A stretch of DNA of 47,943 nt, taken from Candidatus Paceibacter sp. GTDB lineage: Bacteria; Patescibacteriota; Patescibacteriia; SG8-24; DYFX01. The position numbers were made by a program, and so were the translations under genes. The stretch spans positions 1 to 47,943 of the forward strand of contig DYFX01000001.1 of the NCBI GenBank assembly GCA_020724945.1, in the 5' to 3' direction. This document shows, one piece after another, positions 1 through 11,000 of the stretch. The stretch's first letter is position 1, and every line of letters starts with the position of its first letter. The notes under the pieces are model-generated. The model made no database searches. It was not told the origin of the DNA and saw only the letters and a list, made by a program, of their open reading frames with translations.

Positions 1-120
1 GGGGAGGTGGTCCGGCAGCACGGTGATCTCGCCCTCCATCGTGGGGACGGAGACCTGGCGGATCTTGGCGCGCACGGCGACGCGTTCCGGCGTCGTGAGT
101 TCGAAGTCGAGGAGTTTCAT
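1..120 (-). CDS. atpC: ATP synthase F1 epsilon subunit, first 40 codons (gene runs off the left edge)
   Basis: The reverse complement of 1..120 reads MKLLDFELTTPERVAVRAKIRQVSVPTMEGEITVLPDHLP, a typical epsilon N-terminus. It lies directly downstream of atpD. It is absent from the ORF track because it has no stop in the window. Confidence 0.75.
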   Translation of the reverse strand, partial: MKLLDFELTTPERVAVRAKIRQVSVPTMEGEITVLPDHLP

Positions 121-128
121 ACTTTCAT

Positions 129-218
129 GTCATTCCGAGCGAGGCATTCCAGCCGAGCGGTAGGAATCGCTTTTTGAGAGGGATCCCTAACGCCCCGCAA
201 CGCGGGGCTCGGGATGAC
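129..218 (-). repeat. Family A structured intergenic repeat, copy 1 (inverted relative to copies 2 and 3)
   Basis: GTCATTCCGAGC...GGTAGGAATCGCTTTTT...AGGGATCCCTAACG...GCTCGGGATGAC. Its reverse complement aligns along its length with 15964..16052. It fills the atpD|atpC spacer. Confidence 0.85.
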
Positions 219-220
219 GG

Positions 221-1591
<1,371 letters not shown>

Positions 1592-2494
1592 TTATGCGTT
1601 GGCGAGCGCGGCGCGCCCGGCGGAGATTTCCGCGATCTCTTGAGTGATGCCGGCCTGGCGGGCCTGGTTGAAGGTGAGGCGGAGGTCGTCGATCATGTCG
1701 GCGGCGGCGTCGGTGGCGTTCTTCATCGCCAGCATGCGGGCCGAGTGTTCCGAGGCGAGCGATTCGAGGACGGCCTGGTAGAGCTGGGCTTCCGCGACGC
1801 GGGGCAGGAGCTGGTCGAGGACGGTGCGCGGGTCCGGTTCGAAGAGGTATTCCTCGGCGGCCCTGGCGTTCGGGTGGACTTCCTTATGTCCCGTGATCTC
1901 GCCGAGCTCGCTGTCGCGCGTGAGCGGGAGCAGCGTCTTCACGCGGGGCTTCTGGAGGATCGACGAGACGAAGTCCGTGTAGATGACGGCGACTTCGCCG
2001 TACTCCCCTCCCGTGAAGCCGTTCCTGGCGAGCCGCGCCAGCGGGCGGACCTTCGTGGCCGGAGGGGCGCCGCCGGCGAGCACATCCCCGAACGAGGCCT
2101 TGAGGGGGAGCTTCCGGCGCCGCACCCAGGCTTCGCCGCGGCGGCCGATGGCGATGAAGTCCACCGAGCCCTGCGGGCGGGAACGGACGAACTCGGACGC
2201 CGCGCGGATCACCTGGGCGTTGAAGCCTCCGCAGAGGCCGCGGTCCGAGGTGACGAGGACGGCCAGCGCGCGGTCGGACGCCGACTTCTTGAGGAGCGGG
2301 TGCGTGTCCTCGCCCTTCCGCTCGAGCCGCGACACCAGGCTCCAGGCCATCTGCGCGTAGGGACGCGAAGCCAGCACGGCCTGGACGGCCCTGCGCATCT
2401 TCGAGGCCGCGACCAGTTCCATCGCCTTCGTGATCTTCTTGGTGTTCACGACGGACTTGATGCGGCGGTTGATGGCTTTCGTGTTGACTCCCAT
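1592..2494 (-). CDS. atpG: ATP synthase F1 gamma subunit
   Basis: 300-aa ORF with the conserved gamma C-terminus NQARQAGITQEIAEISAG, positioned between atpA and atpD. Confidence 0.95.
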   Translation of the reverse strand: MGVNTKAINRRIKSVVNTKKITKAMELVAASKMRRAVQAVLASRPYAQMAWSLVSRLERKGEDTHPLLKKSASDRALAVLVTSDRGLCGGFNAQVIRAASEFVRSRPQGSVDFIAIGRRGEAWVRRRKLPLKASFGDVLAGGAPPATKVRPLARLARNGFTGGEYGEVAVIYTDFVSSILQKPRVKTLLPLTRDSELGEITGHKEVHPNARAAEEYLFEPDPRTVLDQLLPRVAEAQLYQAVLESLASEHSARMLAMKNATDAAADMIDDLRLTFNQARQAGITQEIAEISAGRAALANA

Positions 2495-2515
2495 GGCGCG
2501 CGTTCGGACGGTTCG

Positions 2516-4015
<1,500 letters not shown>

Positions 4016-4016
4016 A

Positions 4017-4412
4017 TCAGATGAGGGACTTTTTCAGGCGCTCGAGGCCGCCTTTGACGGAAGCGTCGAGCAGGATGTCGTCGTAGCGGATGACGGCGCC
4101 GGCGATGAGCGAGGGGTCGATCTCCCACTTCATCTCGACGGCGGCGTCGAGGGTCTTCTTGAACGCGGCGGCCAGCGACTTCTTGCGGTCGTCGGCGAGC
4201 TCCTCGGCGGAGGCGACGCGGACCTGGTGGACGCCTTCGGCCTCGCGGGCCTCGGCGTTGAACGCCTCCAGCACCTTCGGCGCGAGTTCCAGCTCGTGGC
4301 GGGAAGCGAGGATGGCGACGAACTTCTCGACGGCCTTCTTCGCGTCCTTCTCGCTCATGCCGCAGGTCGCCTGATAGAGGGCGCGTCCGTAATTCTCGGC
4401 GATGCGCGGCAT
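4017..4412 (-). CDS. atpH: ATP synthase delta (OSCP) subunit, short form (131 aa)
   Basis: It sits between atpF and atpA with 1-nt gaps. The OSCP-like C-terminus is [28 protein letters not shown]. It is shorter than the usual ~180 aa. Confidence 0.8.
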   Translation of the reverse strand: MPRIAENYGRALYQATCGMSEKDAKKAVEKFVAILASRHELELAPKVLEAFNAEAREAEGVHQVRVASAEELADDRKKSLAAAFKKTLDAAVEMKWEIDPSLIAGAVIRYDDILLDASVKGGLERLKKSLI

Positions 4413-4413
4413 A

Positions 4414-4980
4414 TCAGGAATCGATGCGCTTGGCGGCCGCGTCGAGCAGGCCCTTCTTCTGGGCGTCGGTGAGCTTCTCTCCGAGCGCCTTGCCGGCGAT
4501 GAGCACCGCGAGCTCCGCGATCTCTGCGCGCGCGCCCTGCACCATCCTCTCCTTCTCGGCGGCGAGCGTGTCCTTGCCCTGCTGGACGAGCGCGGCGAGT
4601 TCCGCCTGCGTCTTGGCCTTCAGCTCCGCGCGCTGGGCTTCGGCGGCCTTCTGCGCCTCCTCGATGAGGCGCTGGGCTTCCTTGCGGGCGGCGAGGATGG
4701 CTTCCTCCGATGCCTGTTCCGCGCCGGACTTGGCGGCCGCGGCGGCTTCGGCGTCCTTCAGGCCCTTGTCGATCTTGGCCGTGCGGGCGTCGATGATCTT
4801 GAGGAGCGGCGTGTAGACCCACTTCCACATGATGAAGAGCACCACGCTGAAGTTGAGCAGCTGGGCGATGAAGAGCTTCCAGTTCACGCCGAGCGCGCCG
4901 AGGACGGATTCCTCGGTTTGGACGGTCGCGGCCGCTTCCGCGGCGGCGTGGACGATTTCGGGAGCGAAGGGGTTGAACAT
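4414..4980 (-). CDS. atpF: ATP synthase Fo b subunit
   Basis: One N-terminal TM helix followed by a long Ala/Glu/Lys-rich coiled coil. I chose the start at ATG 4980 (MFNPFAPE...) because the 23-codon upstream extension in the ORF track runs through repeat B1. Confidence 0.85.
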   Translation of the reverse strand: MFNPFAPEIVHAAAEAAATVQTEESVLGALGVNWKLFIAQLLNFSVVLFIMWKWVYTPLLKIIDARTAKIDKGLKDAEAAAAAKSGAEQASEEAILAARKEAQRLIEEAQKAAEAQRAELKAKTQAELAALVQQGKDTLAAEKERMVQGARAEIAELAVLIAGKALGEKLTDAQKKGLLDAAAKRIDS

Positions 4981-4993
4981 AGAGGTGATGGAT

Positions 4994-5062
4994 GTAGCCG
5001 CAAGGCTTGCCTTGCCCCGTGGATGGCGGGGACGCGACGGGCGGGGCAAGCCCCGCGGCTAC
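4994..5062. repeat. Family B palindromic repeat, copy 1
   Basis: GTAGCCGCAAGGCTTGCCTTGCCCCG - 22 nt - CGGGGCAAGCCCCGCGGCTAC. It is an inverted repeat in the atpE|atpF spacer. Confidence 0.85.
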
Positions 5063-5079
5063 AGCCGCAGGGGTGTCGT

Positions 5080-5298
5080 TTACAGCGTGAAGACGACGAC
5101 CAGGGAGTAAATGGCGATGGCTTCCGCGAAGGCGGCGCCGAGGAGCATCGGGACGAACAGCTTGCCGGCGGCTTCCGGGTTGCGGCCGATGGATTCCATG
5201 GCCTTGCCGACGAGCGTGCCGATGGCGAGGGCCGGGCCGACGCCGCCGATGGCGATGGTCGCGCCCTTCACGAGGATGCGCATGCTTTCTGCGTCCAT
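5080..5298 (-). CDS. atpE: ATP synthase Fo c subunit
   Basis: 72 aa forming a two-helix hairpin, with a Gly-rich helix 1 (IAIGGVGPALAIG) and the carboxylate Glu in AAFAEAIAIY. Confidence 0.95.
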   Translation of the reverse strand: MDAESMRILVKGATIAIGGVGPALAIGTLVGKAMESIGRNPEAAGKLFVPMLLGAAFAEAIAIYSLVVVFTL

Positions 5299-5412
5299 AA
5301 GGTAGGTGCGTGGATCTCCGGGTGGGCGTGGAGGGGGGTTTAACGCCGCCGTACCGATCCTGCTAAGAGTGAGAGTTCGGACCCCGAGGTCTCGGGAGCC
5401 GAAGGCCTCCTC

Positions 5413-6294
5413 TTAGGAAGCGTTCGCGCCCTGCGGCGCGAGCCGATGCTCGTCCCCGAGGCCGTGCGCCTCGCCGAGCTCGTCTTCGCGGTGTTCCTCC
5501 TCGTGGCCGTGGGGCTTCTCGGAGAGGATGGTCAGGTAGACGAGCGCCAGCATGGCGAAGACGGTGGCCTGGACCGTGCCGACGATGAGTTCCAGGAAGG
5601 TGAACGGCAGCGGCACGCCGTATGCCACGAGCGCGTACATCACGGTGATGAGCACCTCGCCGGCGAAGATGTTGCCGAAGAGACGCAGCGAGAGCGAGAC
5701 GACCTTGGCGATCTCGGCGAAGAACTCGATGACGCCGACGAGCATCTCGACCAGCGCGACCACGATGTCCATCGGCTTCTTGCGGAGCGACTTGAAGAAG
5801 GTGCCGAGCGCGATGAACTTGTTCCAGTGCGCGAAGAACCCGATCGTGATGATGCCGACCAGGTGCGAGGTGATGACGGTGAGGAGCGCCATCGCCAGCG
5901 TGAGGTTCAGGTCCGCGTTGGCGGGGCGGAAGATGGGGGCGTTCTCGATGTGGCCGTGGAGCTCGATGGTGCGCCAGAGGGAGCCGACGCCGGGCATGAC
6001 GCCCATCCAGTTGCAGACCAGGATGAAGAGGAAGAGCGTGCCCACGAGCGGCAGGAACTTCTTCGACTTCGCGCGGTCGTTCGTGACCTGGTCGACATAG
6101 CCGAGCATGAACTCGATGAGCCCTTCGACGGCAGACTGGAAGCGCCCCGGAGCGCCGCTCGTGAGCGAGCGCTTCACGAGGTACGCGATCACGGCGAACA
6201 CCGCGACCGCGAGCCAGGCGTTGATGAGCGAGTTCGTGATCGGGAAGCTCCCGATATGGAAGATGGGTTCGGCGGCGATCGGCGGGATCGTCAT
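5413..6294 (-). CDS. atpB: ATP synthase Fo a subunit, with a His/Glu/Asp-rich C-terminal tail
   Basis: It carries the a-subunit signature SLSLRLFGNIFAGE. The start ATG at 6294 overlaps the stop of the upstream small gene as ATGA. The ORF-track extension upstream of it is Arg/Pro-rich and implausible. Confidence 0.9.
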   Translation of the reverse strand: MTIPPIAAEPIFHIGSFPITNSLINAWLAVAVFAVIAYLVKRSLTSGAPGRFQSAVEGLIEFMLGYVDQVTNDRAKSKKFLPLVGTLFLFILVCNWMGVMPGVGSLWRTIELHGHIENAPIFRPANADLNLTLAMALLTVITSHLVGIITIGFFAHWNKFIALGTFFKSLRKKPMDIVVALVEMLVGVIEFFAEIAKVVSLSLRLFGNIFAGEVLITVMYALVAYGVPLPFTFLELIVGTVQATVFAMLALVYLTILSEKPHGHEEEHREDELGEAHGLGDEHRLAPQGANAS

Positions 6295-6545
6295 GGCTTC
6301 TTGTTGATGAGTTCCTGGTAGGACTTGCCGTAGGCGACGGCTTTCTTCCGGATCAGCGCGACGGTGAGGACGAAGGCGAGGGCGAGGAAGGAGAGCGTGG
6401 CGTAGGGCTTGGTGCCCCATGCCGCATCGAGCTTCGCGCCGAGGACGGAGGCGATGACCGCCGGGATGGCGATGGTCGCGCCGAAGTCCGCCAGCACGCG
6501 CAGACCGAGCAGGTAGTACGCGTTGTCGGACCCGTTTTTCCCCAT
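6291..6545 (-). CDS. AtpZ/AtpI-like small membrane protein (84 aa) heading the atp operon
   Basis: Two predicted TM helices and the motif GAKLDAAWGTKPYATL, typical of AtpZ-family proteins. It has an ATGA overlap with atpB. Confidence 0.6.
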   Translation of the reverse strand: MGKNGSDNAYYLLGLRVLADFGATIAIPAVIASVLGAKLDAAWGTKPYATLSFLALAFVLTVALIRKKAVAYGKSYQELINKKP

Positions 6546-6567
6546 AACCTCGGCAAAAGACGCGCGT

Positions 6568-6596
6568 ACTTTACGGGAACACCCGGCTATCGTCAA
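6568..6596 (-). promoter_or_regulatory. Candidate sigma70-type promoter of the atp operon
   Basis: The minus strand reads TTGACG - 17 nt - TAAAGT, about 22 nt upstream of ATG 6545. Confidence 0.4.
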
Positions 6597-6636
6597 CGGT
6601 GGACGATTTTATTTCGCTGACATCAGCCAAATAAAC

Positions 6637-6660
6637 AAAAAATCGGCCCTTCAGGCCGGT
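6637..6660 (-). terminator. Weak intrinsic terminator after the second atpZ-like gene
   Basis: Minus-strand RNA CCGGCCUGAAGGGCCGAUUUUUU gives a 5-bp GC stem plus a U6 run. Confidence 0.4.
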
Positions 6661-6666
6661 CCCTTT

Positions 6667-6954
6667 CTAACCCGGGGGCGTATCCCCGGGTGGCGGTCCG
6701 CGTTCTTGGTCGCGCGTCAGTTCGTCATACCGGTCGGCGTATCCGGCGGCTTTGATCGAGACGGCGGCCATCGAGAGGAAGAACGAGGCGAGCAGCGCGA
6801 CGACGGTCAGCGTCGGTCCGGTGTCGAACCGGAGGTCGAGCTTCCTTCCCAGGAACAGGAAGACCATCGCTGGGACGGCGATGAGGCCGCCGATCTCTCC
6901 GGTGATGCGCAGCGCGAACGCCGTCAATCGTTTGTGGTCTTCCGAGTTGCTCAT
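6667..6954 (-). CDS. Second AtpZ-like small membrane protein (95 aa), apparently monocistronic
   Basis: MSNSEDHKRL...GRKLDLRFDTGPTLTVV... has the same two-TM layout and G+KLD..(W/F).T.P motif as 6291..6545. It has its own promoter-like and terminator-like signals. Confidence 0.55.
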   Translation of the reverse strand: MSNSEDHKRLTAFALRITGEIGGLIAVPAMVFLFLGRKLDLRFDTGPTLTVVALLASFFLSMAAVSIKAAGYADRYDELTRDQERGPPPGDTPPG

Positions 6955-6982
6955 ATGCGAGGGTCTTCGACCTCGAACAAGC

Positions 6983-7011
6983 AATCTAGACGCTTTCAAC
7001 GCCGTCGTCAA
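6983..7011 (-). promoter_or_regulatory. Candidate promoter of the second atpZ-like gene
   Basis: The minus strand reads TTGACG - 17 nt - TAGATT, about 28 nt upstream of ATG 6954. Confidence 0.4.
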
Positions 7012-7022
7012 GGGTATGATAC

Positions 7023-7045
7023 GAAAAATGGCTGAAATCAGCCAT
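7023..7045 (-). terminator. Intrinsic terminator of the tatD operon
   Basis: The minus strand reads ATGGCTG-ATTT-CAGCCAT followed by TTTT. The tatD stop codon lies in the loop. Confidence 0.5.
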
Positions 7046-7925
7046 TCGCCATCCTGCGGAACAGTCTCCGCGCGTTCGCGGTCGTGGCGGCGGCGACCTC
7101 GTCGAAGCCGATGCCTTTGAGCTCGGCGACTTTCTCCGCGACGATCTTCACATGCGCCGGCGTGTTGCGTTCGCCGCGGTGCGGCACCGGCGTGAGATAG
7201 GGCGCGTCGGTCTCGACGACGATCTTGTCGAGCGGCGCCCACTTCACGACATCCGTCAGGAGCTCCTTGCCCTCCTTCACGTCGGACTTGCGCGGCGGAT
7301 ATGTGATGCTGCCGCCGAAGGCCAGCATGAAGCCCAGCGCGAGATACCGTTCGGCGTCGCGTTTCGTGCCGGTGAAGCAGTGGATCAGGCCGCGGATCGG
7401 CGCGCCGTCCTCATGCGGACCCCAGATCTTCTCGATGAGCGCGATCTGGTCGTCGTGCGCGTCGCGGCAATGGATCACGACAGGAAGATCGGCGGCGATG
7501 GCGAGGCGCGCGCCGGCTTCGAAGGCGGACGATTCGCGTTCCTTCATCTCTTCCGGAGACACGCCCTCGTATTCGTAATGATAGTCCAAGCCCATCTCCC
7601 CCACCGCCACGACTTTCGGGTGCTTCAAGAGCTCCCCGTAGTAGGCGGGATCGAACGATTCGTTCCGCGACTTGAACTGCACCTCGCCCTCGTCATGATA
7701 GCCGGCGAAGATGTGCGAAGGATGCAATCCGACCGTCGCCCAGACGCCGTCGTAGCGTTCGGCCAGCTTGATGCCGTTCGCGCTCGTGTCTTTCTGGGTC
7801 CCGATCGTCACCATCTGCACGCCTTTCGAAAGGCAATCACGGACGACATCATCCATGTCGTCCTTATAGGCGTTGAAGTGCACATGGCAGTGGGTGTCGA
7901 TCAGCATGGCTTCATCCGTTCCCAT
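7038..7925 (-). CDS. tatD: TatD-family metal-dependent hydrolase/DNase
   Basis: It shows IDTHCHVHF near the N-terminus, HCFTG and ETDAPYLTP. ATG 7925 overlaps the upstream stop by 1 nt; the ORF-track start at 7928 is a TTG. Confidence 0.9.
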   Translation of the reverse strand: MGTDEAMLIDTHCHVHFNAYKDDMDDVVRDCLSKGVQMVTIGTQKDTSANGIKLAERYDGVWATVGLHPSHIFAGYHDEGEVQFKSRNESFDPAYYGELLKHPKVVAVGEMGLDYHYEYEGVSPEEMKERESSAFEAGARLAIAADLPVVIHCRDAHDDQIALIEKIWGPHEDGAPIRGLIHCFTGTKRDAERYLALGFMLAFGGSITYPPRKSDVKEGKELLTDVVKWAPLDKIVVETDAPYLTPVPHRGERNTPAHVKIVAEKVAELKGIGFDEVAAATTANARRLFRRMANG

Positions 7926-8410
7926 CAACCGCCGTCCTTCCGTTTCTCGCGTTCGCGTTTGCGGCGTTCGGCCGGCGTCAGGTCCTTTTCGGCGACGATC
8001 TTCGCGACCGGCGCGATATGTTCGACCATTTTCGCGACCGGCGCGACGGGAATGGCATGATCGATGACGGCGGTCGTGACGACTTCCTCGACGATGTCGT
8101 CCAGGATGCCGCCTTCCGAAGCCTTCTTCCGGAGCGCTTCGTAGCGCCCCTGGATGGCGTCGGCTTCGTCCTCGATGGCCTTGAGTTCCTCCTGCTCTTC
8201 CCGGGTGAGATGGCCTTCCTGGCGTCCGGCTTGCAAGCGCGCCTCATGGACGGCCTTGATCGCCTCCTCGGATTCGGCTTTCGCCACGGCGAGCTCGGCC
8301 TTGAAGGCGCGGCTGCGTTCGCCGAAGAGGTCGACGCCGGCTTCCCGCTCGGGCGTGCGCTTCTTTTCCTGTTCCGCGGACGGATCGCGGCGCTCGAAGG
8401 GCTTCGCCAT
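7925..8410 (-). CDS. Hypothetical highly charged coiled-coil protein (161 aa)
   Basis: Glu/Lys/Arg/Ala-rich ORF with natural composition and tight junctions to both neighbours. It has an internal PVAPVAKMVEH / IAPVAKIVAE repeat. I recognise no family. Confidence 0.55.
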   Translation of the reverse strand: MAKPFERRDPSAEQEKKRTPEREAGVDLFGERSRAFKAELAVAKAESEEAIKAVHEARLQAGRQEGHLTREEQEELKAIEDEADAIQGRYEALRKKASEGGILDDIVEEVVTTAVIDHAIPVAPVAKMVEHIAPVAKIVAEKDLTPAERRKREREKRKDGG

Positions 8411-8414
8411 AGCT

Positions 8415-8600
8415 TCAACCGAGGCCGAGCTGGCGGCGCAGCTTGGCGATCATCCCCTCGTCGCGGCGCTTCCCGACGGCGGCCTTAAAGGCGCGGCTTC
8501 GGCTCACGAGCGCGCGCATGTCGGCGCGAAGGCTACGGAGTTCGGCCTGCATGCCCAGGAGCTGCGCTTCGGACAGCGGCAAGGCGGCGGCGATGCTCAT
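8415..8600 (-). CDS. Hypothetical small helical protein (61 aa)
   Basis: ATG 8600 forms an ATGA overlap with the cvpA stop, consistent with translational coupling. The sequence is MSIAAALPLSEAQLLGMQAELRSLRADMRAL... It sits inside a longer ORF-track entry whose N-terminal part is Arg/Pro-rich shadow. Confidence 0.45.
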   Translation of the reverse strand: MSIAAALPLSEAQLLGMQAELRSLRADMRALVSRSRAFKAAVGKRRDEGMIAKLRRQLGLG

Positions 8601-9109
8601 ATCACGGCCTGGATCTGCCGGACGGCGCGCGGCAGGAGCGGGGCGAAGAGGCCGAAGGCGTGCAGGAGCCAGATGCCGACATGCGAGGCGGCCAGGATCG
8701 AGCCGAACGAGGCGCTGACGGGATAGCGCGCGGCGATGTAGAGCGCGCCGCCGACCACCATGATGCCTTCGAGGAAGCCGAGCAGGCCGCCCAAGAGCGC
8801 GTTGAAGGTCTTGAGGAACGGGATGACCGCCGCGATCTTGAAGATCTTCTCGATGATCCAGAAGACCAGGCCGATCAGGCGGTTCACCAGGATGAGCAGG
8901 ACGAGGAACATCACGACGCGCGCGAGGTTCTCGTTGCCGAAGAAGATGCCGGCGGTCGCTTGGCCCCAGGCGTCGTAGTAGCGGCCGGCCACGAGGACCG
9001 ACAGCACCATGCCGACGAGGCCGCCCAGGGCGTGGATGAAACCGAACCACAGCCCCGCCAAGGTGAAGGCGAAGACGCCGAGGACGAGGATGAGGTCGAA
9101 GAAGGTCAT
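8597..9109 (-). CDS. cvpA: CvpA-family membrane protein
   Basis: 170 aa with four hydrophobic helices. The N-terminus MTFFDLILVLGVFAFTLAGLWFGFI is typical of CvpA/YshB proteins. Confidence 0.8.
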   Translation of the reverse strand: MTFFDLILVLGVFAFTLAGLWFGFIHALGGLVGMVLSVLVAGRYYDAWGQATAGIFFGNENLARVVMFLVLLILVNRLIGLVFWIIEKIFKIAAVIPFLKTFNALLGGLLGFLEGIMVVGGALYIAARYPVSASFGSILAASHVGIWLLHAFGLFAPLLPRAVRQIQAVI

Positions 9110-9110
9110 G

Positions 9111-10811
9111 TCAGCGCGCGAGCTTGTTGAGGGCCGCGACCGTCTTCTTGCGGGCGGCGTTGAGGCTTTCCGGATCGGTCTTGAACTCTTCCGCGAGGGC
9201 GCCGGCCTCTTCGGCCGTGATCTTGCCGGCGTCGGTGAACAGCTTCAGGAACTCGGCGGCAGGCATCTTGCCGACGACCTTGGAGCCGTAGGTCTTGGGC
9301 GCATCGGACGCTTTCGCCGCCGGCAGGAGCTTCTCGGCGATCTCGGAGGCGGCCGCCTCGAGCTTGTCCATCGGGAATTCCTTCTTTTCGGACGCGGGCT
9401 TCGGCGTTTCGGCCGGCGGAGCGGGCGCTTCCGGAGCGCTGGGGGTCTCGACGGACTCCGGGACAGGTTCCGGCATCGGTTGCGGGACGCCCGGCGGGCG
9501 GCTGCCCGGGAGCGGTTTCGGCAGGTTCGGATAGTCCTCCTGCGGCGTCTTGGGCTTGGGCGGTTTCGGCGCCTCGATCTCGCCGGATGCGACCGGAGAC
9601 TGCTCTGATGTCTTCATGACCGATGGCTTCGGCGCCTCCACGATAACGCTCGGTTCCTCGGCGACCGGCGCGGGTTCCGGACGCGATTCCGTCTCGCCGC
9701 TCACGACGCCTTCGACGGATGCCGTCTTCATCTCCGGCGTGAGCAGGATGGGGCTCTCTTCCGTCCCCTCTTCGGGCGGGGCTTCCGGCGTCGCCGCGGC
9801 CGCCGGCGCGTCTTTCAGCTCCTCGACCCTGCCGCCGGGGTGGATGCGGAGCTTCATGCCGGAAGCGTAGGTGCGCAGCTGTCCGCCGTCCTCGTATTTC
9901 AGGCGGATTTCGCCCTTGATGGGATCGAACGATTTGCCGACGATGACGCCGAACGCGTCGGAGCCGACATCCTTGAGTTTCAGGTATTCGTCGACAAGCT
10001 TCTCCCCCGGCTTGCCCGCGGACTGTTTCAGGAGGAGCTCGCGATCGGGAGAGGTTTCCACCGGTGCCGGAGCTTCGACGGTTTCGACGGTCGGTTGTGA
10101 CGCTTCCGCCGGTGCCTCTTGCGGCGCTTCCTGCGGAGCGGGCGTTTCGTTTCGAGGCGCCGGCATCTCCGCGGCGGCAGGTTCAGGCTTTCGGGCGGGC
10201 GCTTCCGGTGCCGCGCCTCCGTTCAGCTTCGCGCGGACCTCCGCCAAGCCTTTGGCGACATAGTTCAGCTTGGCGCCGGTTTCGGTCATCTGCGGCATCT
10301 TGCCGGTCTTGAGCGCTCTCTTCATCGCGTCAGCTTCTCCTGCCCCTTCGGCGGCTACCTGCGGCGCGAGCTGGTCATAGGCGGCCGAAAGGCTGCCTTC
10401 GAGCGCGCGGAGCTCGGCTTCGCCGCCCGAGGCCATGATGCGCGCCATCTCCTGCCGGAAGTTCGCGAAGACCGCGTCGGCCTTCTCGATCTCCGCCAGG
10501 ATTTCGGCCTCGCCTTTCACGGGCGCCTCGGCCTCGCCTTCCTTCTTGCGGAAGAGCCGCCCTTTCACGCGTCCCCAGAACGACTTGGTCTCCTCCTCGA
10601 ACTTCCCGGTCTCCGCTTCGGCCTTCTCCTCCATCTCTTTCCCGAGGCCGCGCATCTCCGCCGCCTTCTCGGCGGCCGCAAGACTGCCGCCCTCGAACGG
10701 CTTCTTCGTCCAGTGCTCGGCGGTTTCCGCCTGCGGGGCCTCCTGGACCGGTTCCGTCGGAGTCTCCTGCTGCGCGGGTTCGGGCTGGATCTTCGCGGCT
10801 TCGGCGGCCAT
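9111..10811 (-). CDS. Hypothetical 566-aa Pro/Glu/Ala-rich, largely low-complexity protein
   Basis: Starts at ATG 10811 (MAAEAAKIQPEP...). The ORF-track entry extends to 11234 but that part overlaps metG and is Arg/Ser/Pro shadow. More ordered segments occur around LVDEYLKLKDVGSDAFGVIVGKSFDPIKGEIRLKYEDGG and at the C-terminus. Confidence 0.6.
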   Translation of the reverse strand: MAAEAAKIQPEPAQQETPTEPVQEAPQAETAEHWTKKPFEGGSLAAAEKAAEMRGLGKEMEEKAEAETGKFEEETKSFWGRVKGRLFRKKEGEAEAPVKGEAEILAEIEKADAVFANFRQEMARIMASGGEAELRALEGSLSAAYDQLAPQVAAEGAGEADAMKRALKTGKMPQMTETGAKLNYVAKGLAEVRAKLNGGAAPEAPARKPEPAAAEMPAPRNETPAPQEAPQEAPAEASQPTVETVEAPAPVETSPDRELLLKQSAGKPGEKLVDEYLKLKDVGSDAFGVIVGKSFDPIKGEIRLKYEDGGQLRTYASGMKLRIHPGGRVEELKDAPAAAATPEAPPEEGTEESPILLTPEMKTASVEGVVSGETESRPEPAPVAEEPSVIVEAPKPSVMKTSEQSPVASGEIEAPKPPKPKTPQEDYPNLPKPLPGSRPPGVPQPMPEPVPESVETPSAPEAPAPPAETPKPASEKKEFPMDKLEAAASEIAEKLLPAAKASDAPKTYGSKVVGKMPAAEFLKLFTDAGKITAEEAGALAEEFKTDPESLNAARKKTVAALNKLAR

Positions 10812-10816
10812 AGGTG

Positions 10817-10984
10817 TCACGCGTTCTTGAGTTCTTGCAGGATCTTCTCGATTTCCTCGCGTTCGAGCTCGCCCAGCACCTTCTTCATGACCTCCAGGCG
10901 TTCGTGCTCGAGCCCCTTGATCTGCTCCATGAAATGGTCGTAGGCGGCCTGGAGCTTCTTGGCCTTGTCTTCGGTGGTATCCAT
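10817..10984 (-). CDS. Hypothetical 55-aa coiled-coil protein, predicted leaderless
   Basis: MDTTEDKAKKLQAAYDHFMEQIKGLEHERLEVMKKVLGELEREEIEKILQELKNA. The ATG lies exactly 8 nt downstream of the TGGTATACT box and the stop is 5 nt before the next gene. Confidence 0.5.
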   Translation of the reverse strand: MDTTEDKAKKLQAAYDHFMEQIKGLEHERLEVMKKVLGELEREEIEKILQELKNA

Positions 10985-10992
10985 ATGGGTGG

Positions 10993-11000
10993 AGTATACC
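10993..11000 (-). promoter_or_regulatory. Extended -10 promoter box TGGTATACT
   Basis: The minus strand reads TTTTGGTATACT-CCACCCAT-ATG. The box directly abuts the U-run of the metG terminator. Confidence 0.45.

Noticed and set aside
4981-5049. N-terminal extensions of ORF-track entries that run through repeats: atpF 4981..5049, thiI 15951..15983, pepA 21840..21893 and rlmI 24335..24520.
   Set aside because: The extensions translate repeat DNA (for example GKASLAAT and NASADAKRY) and often begin at TTG/GTG. Internal ATGs give N-termini that match the protein families.
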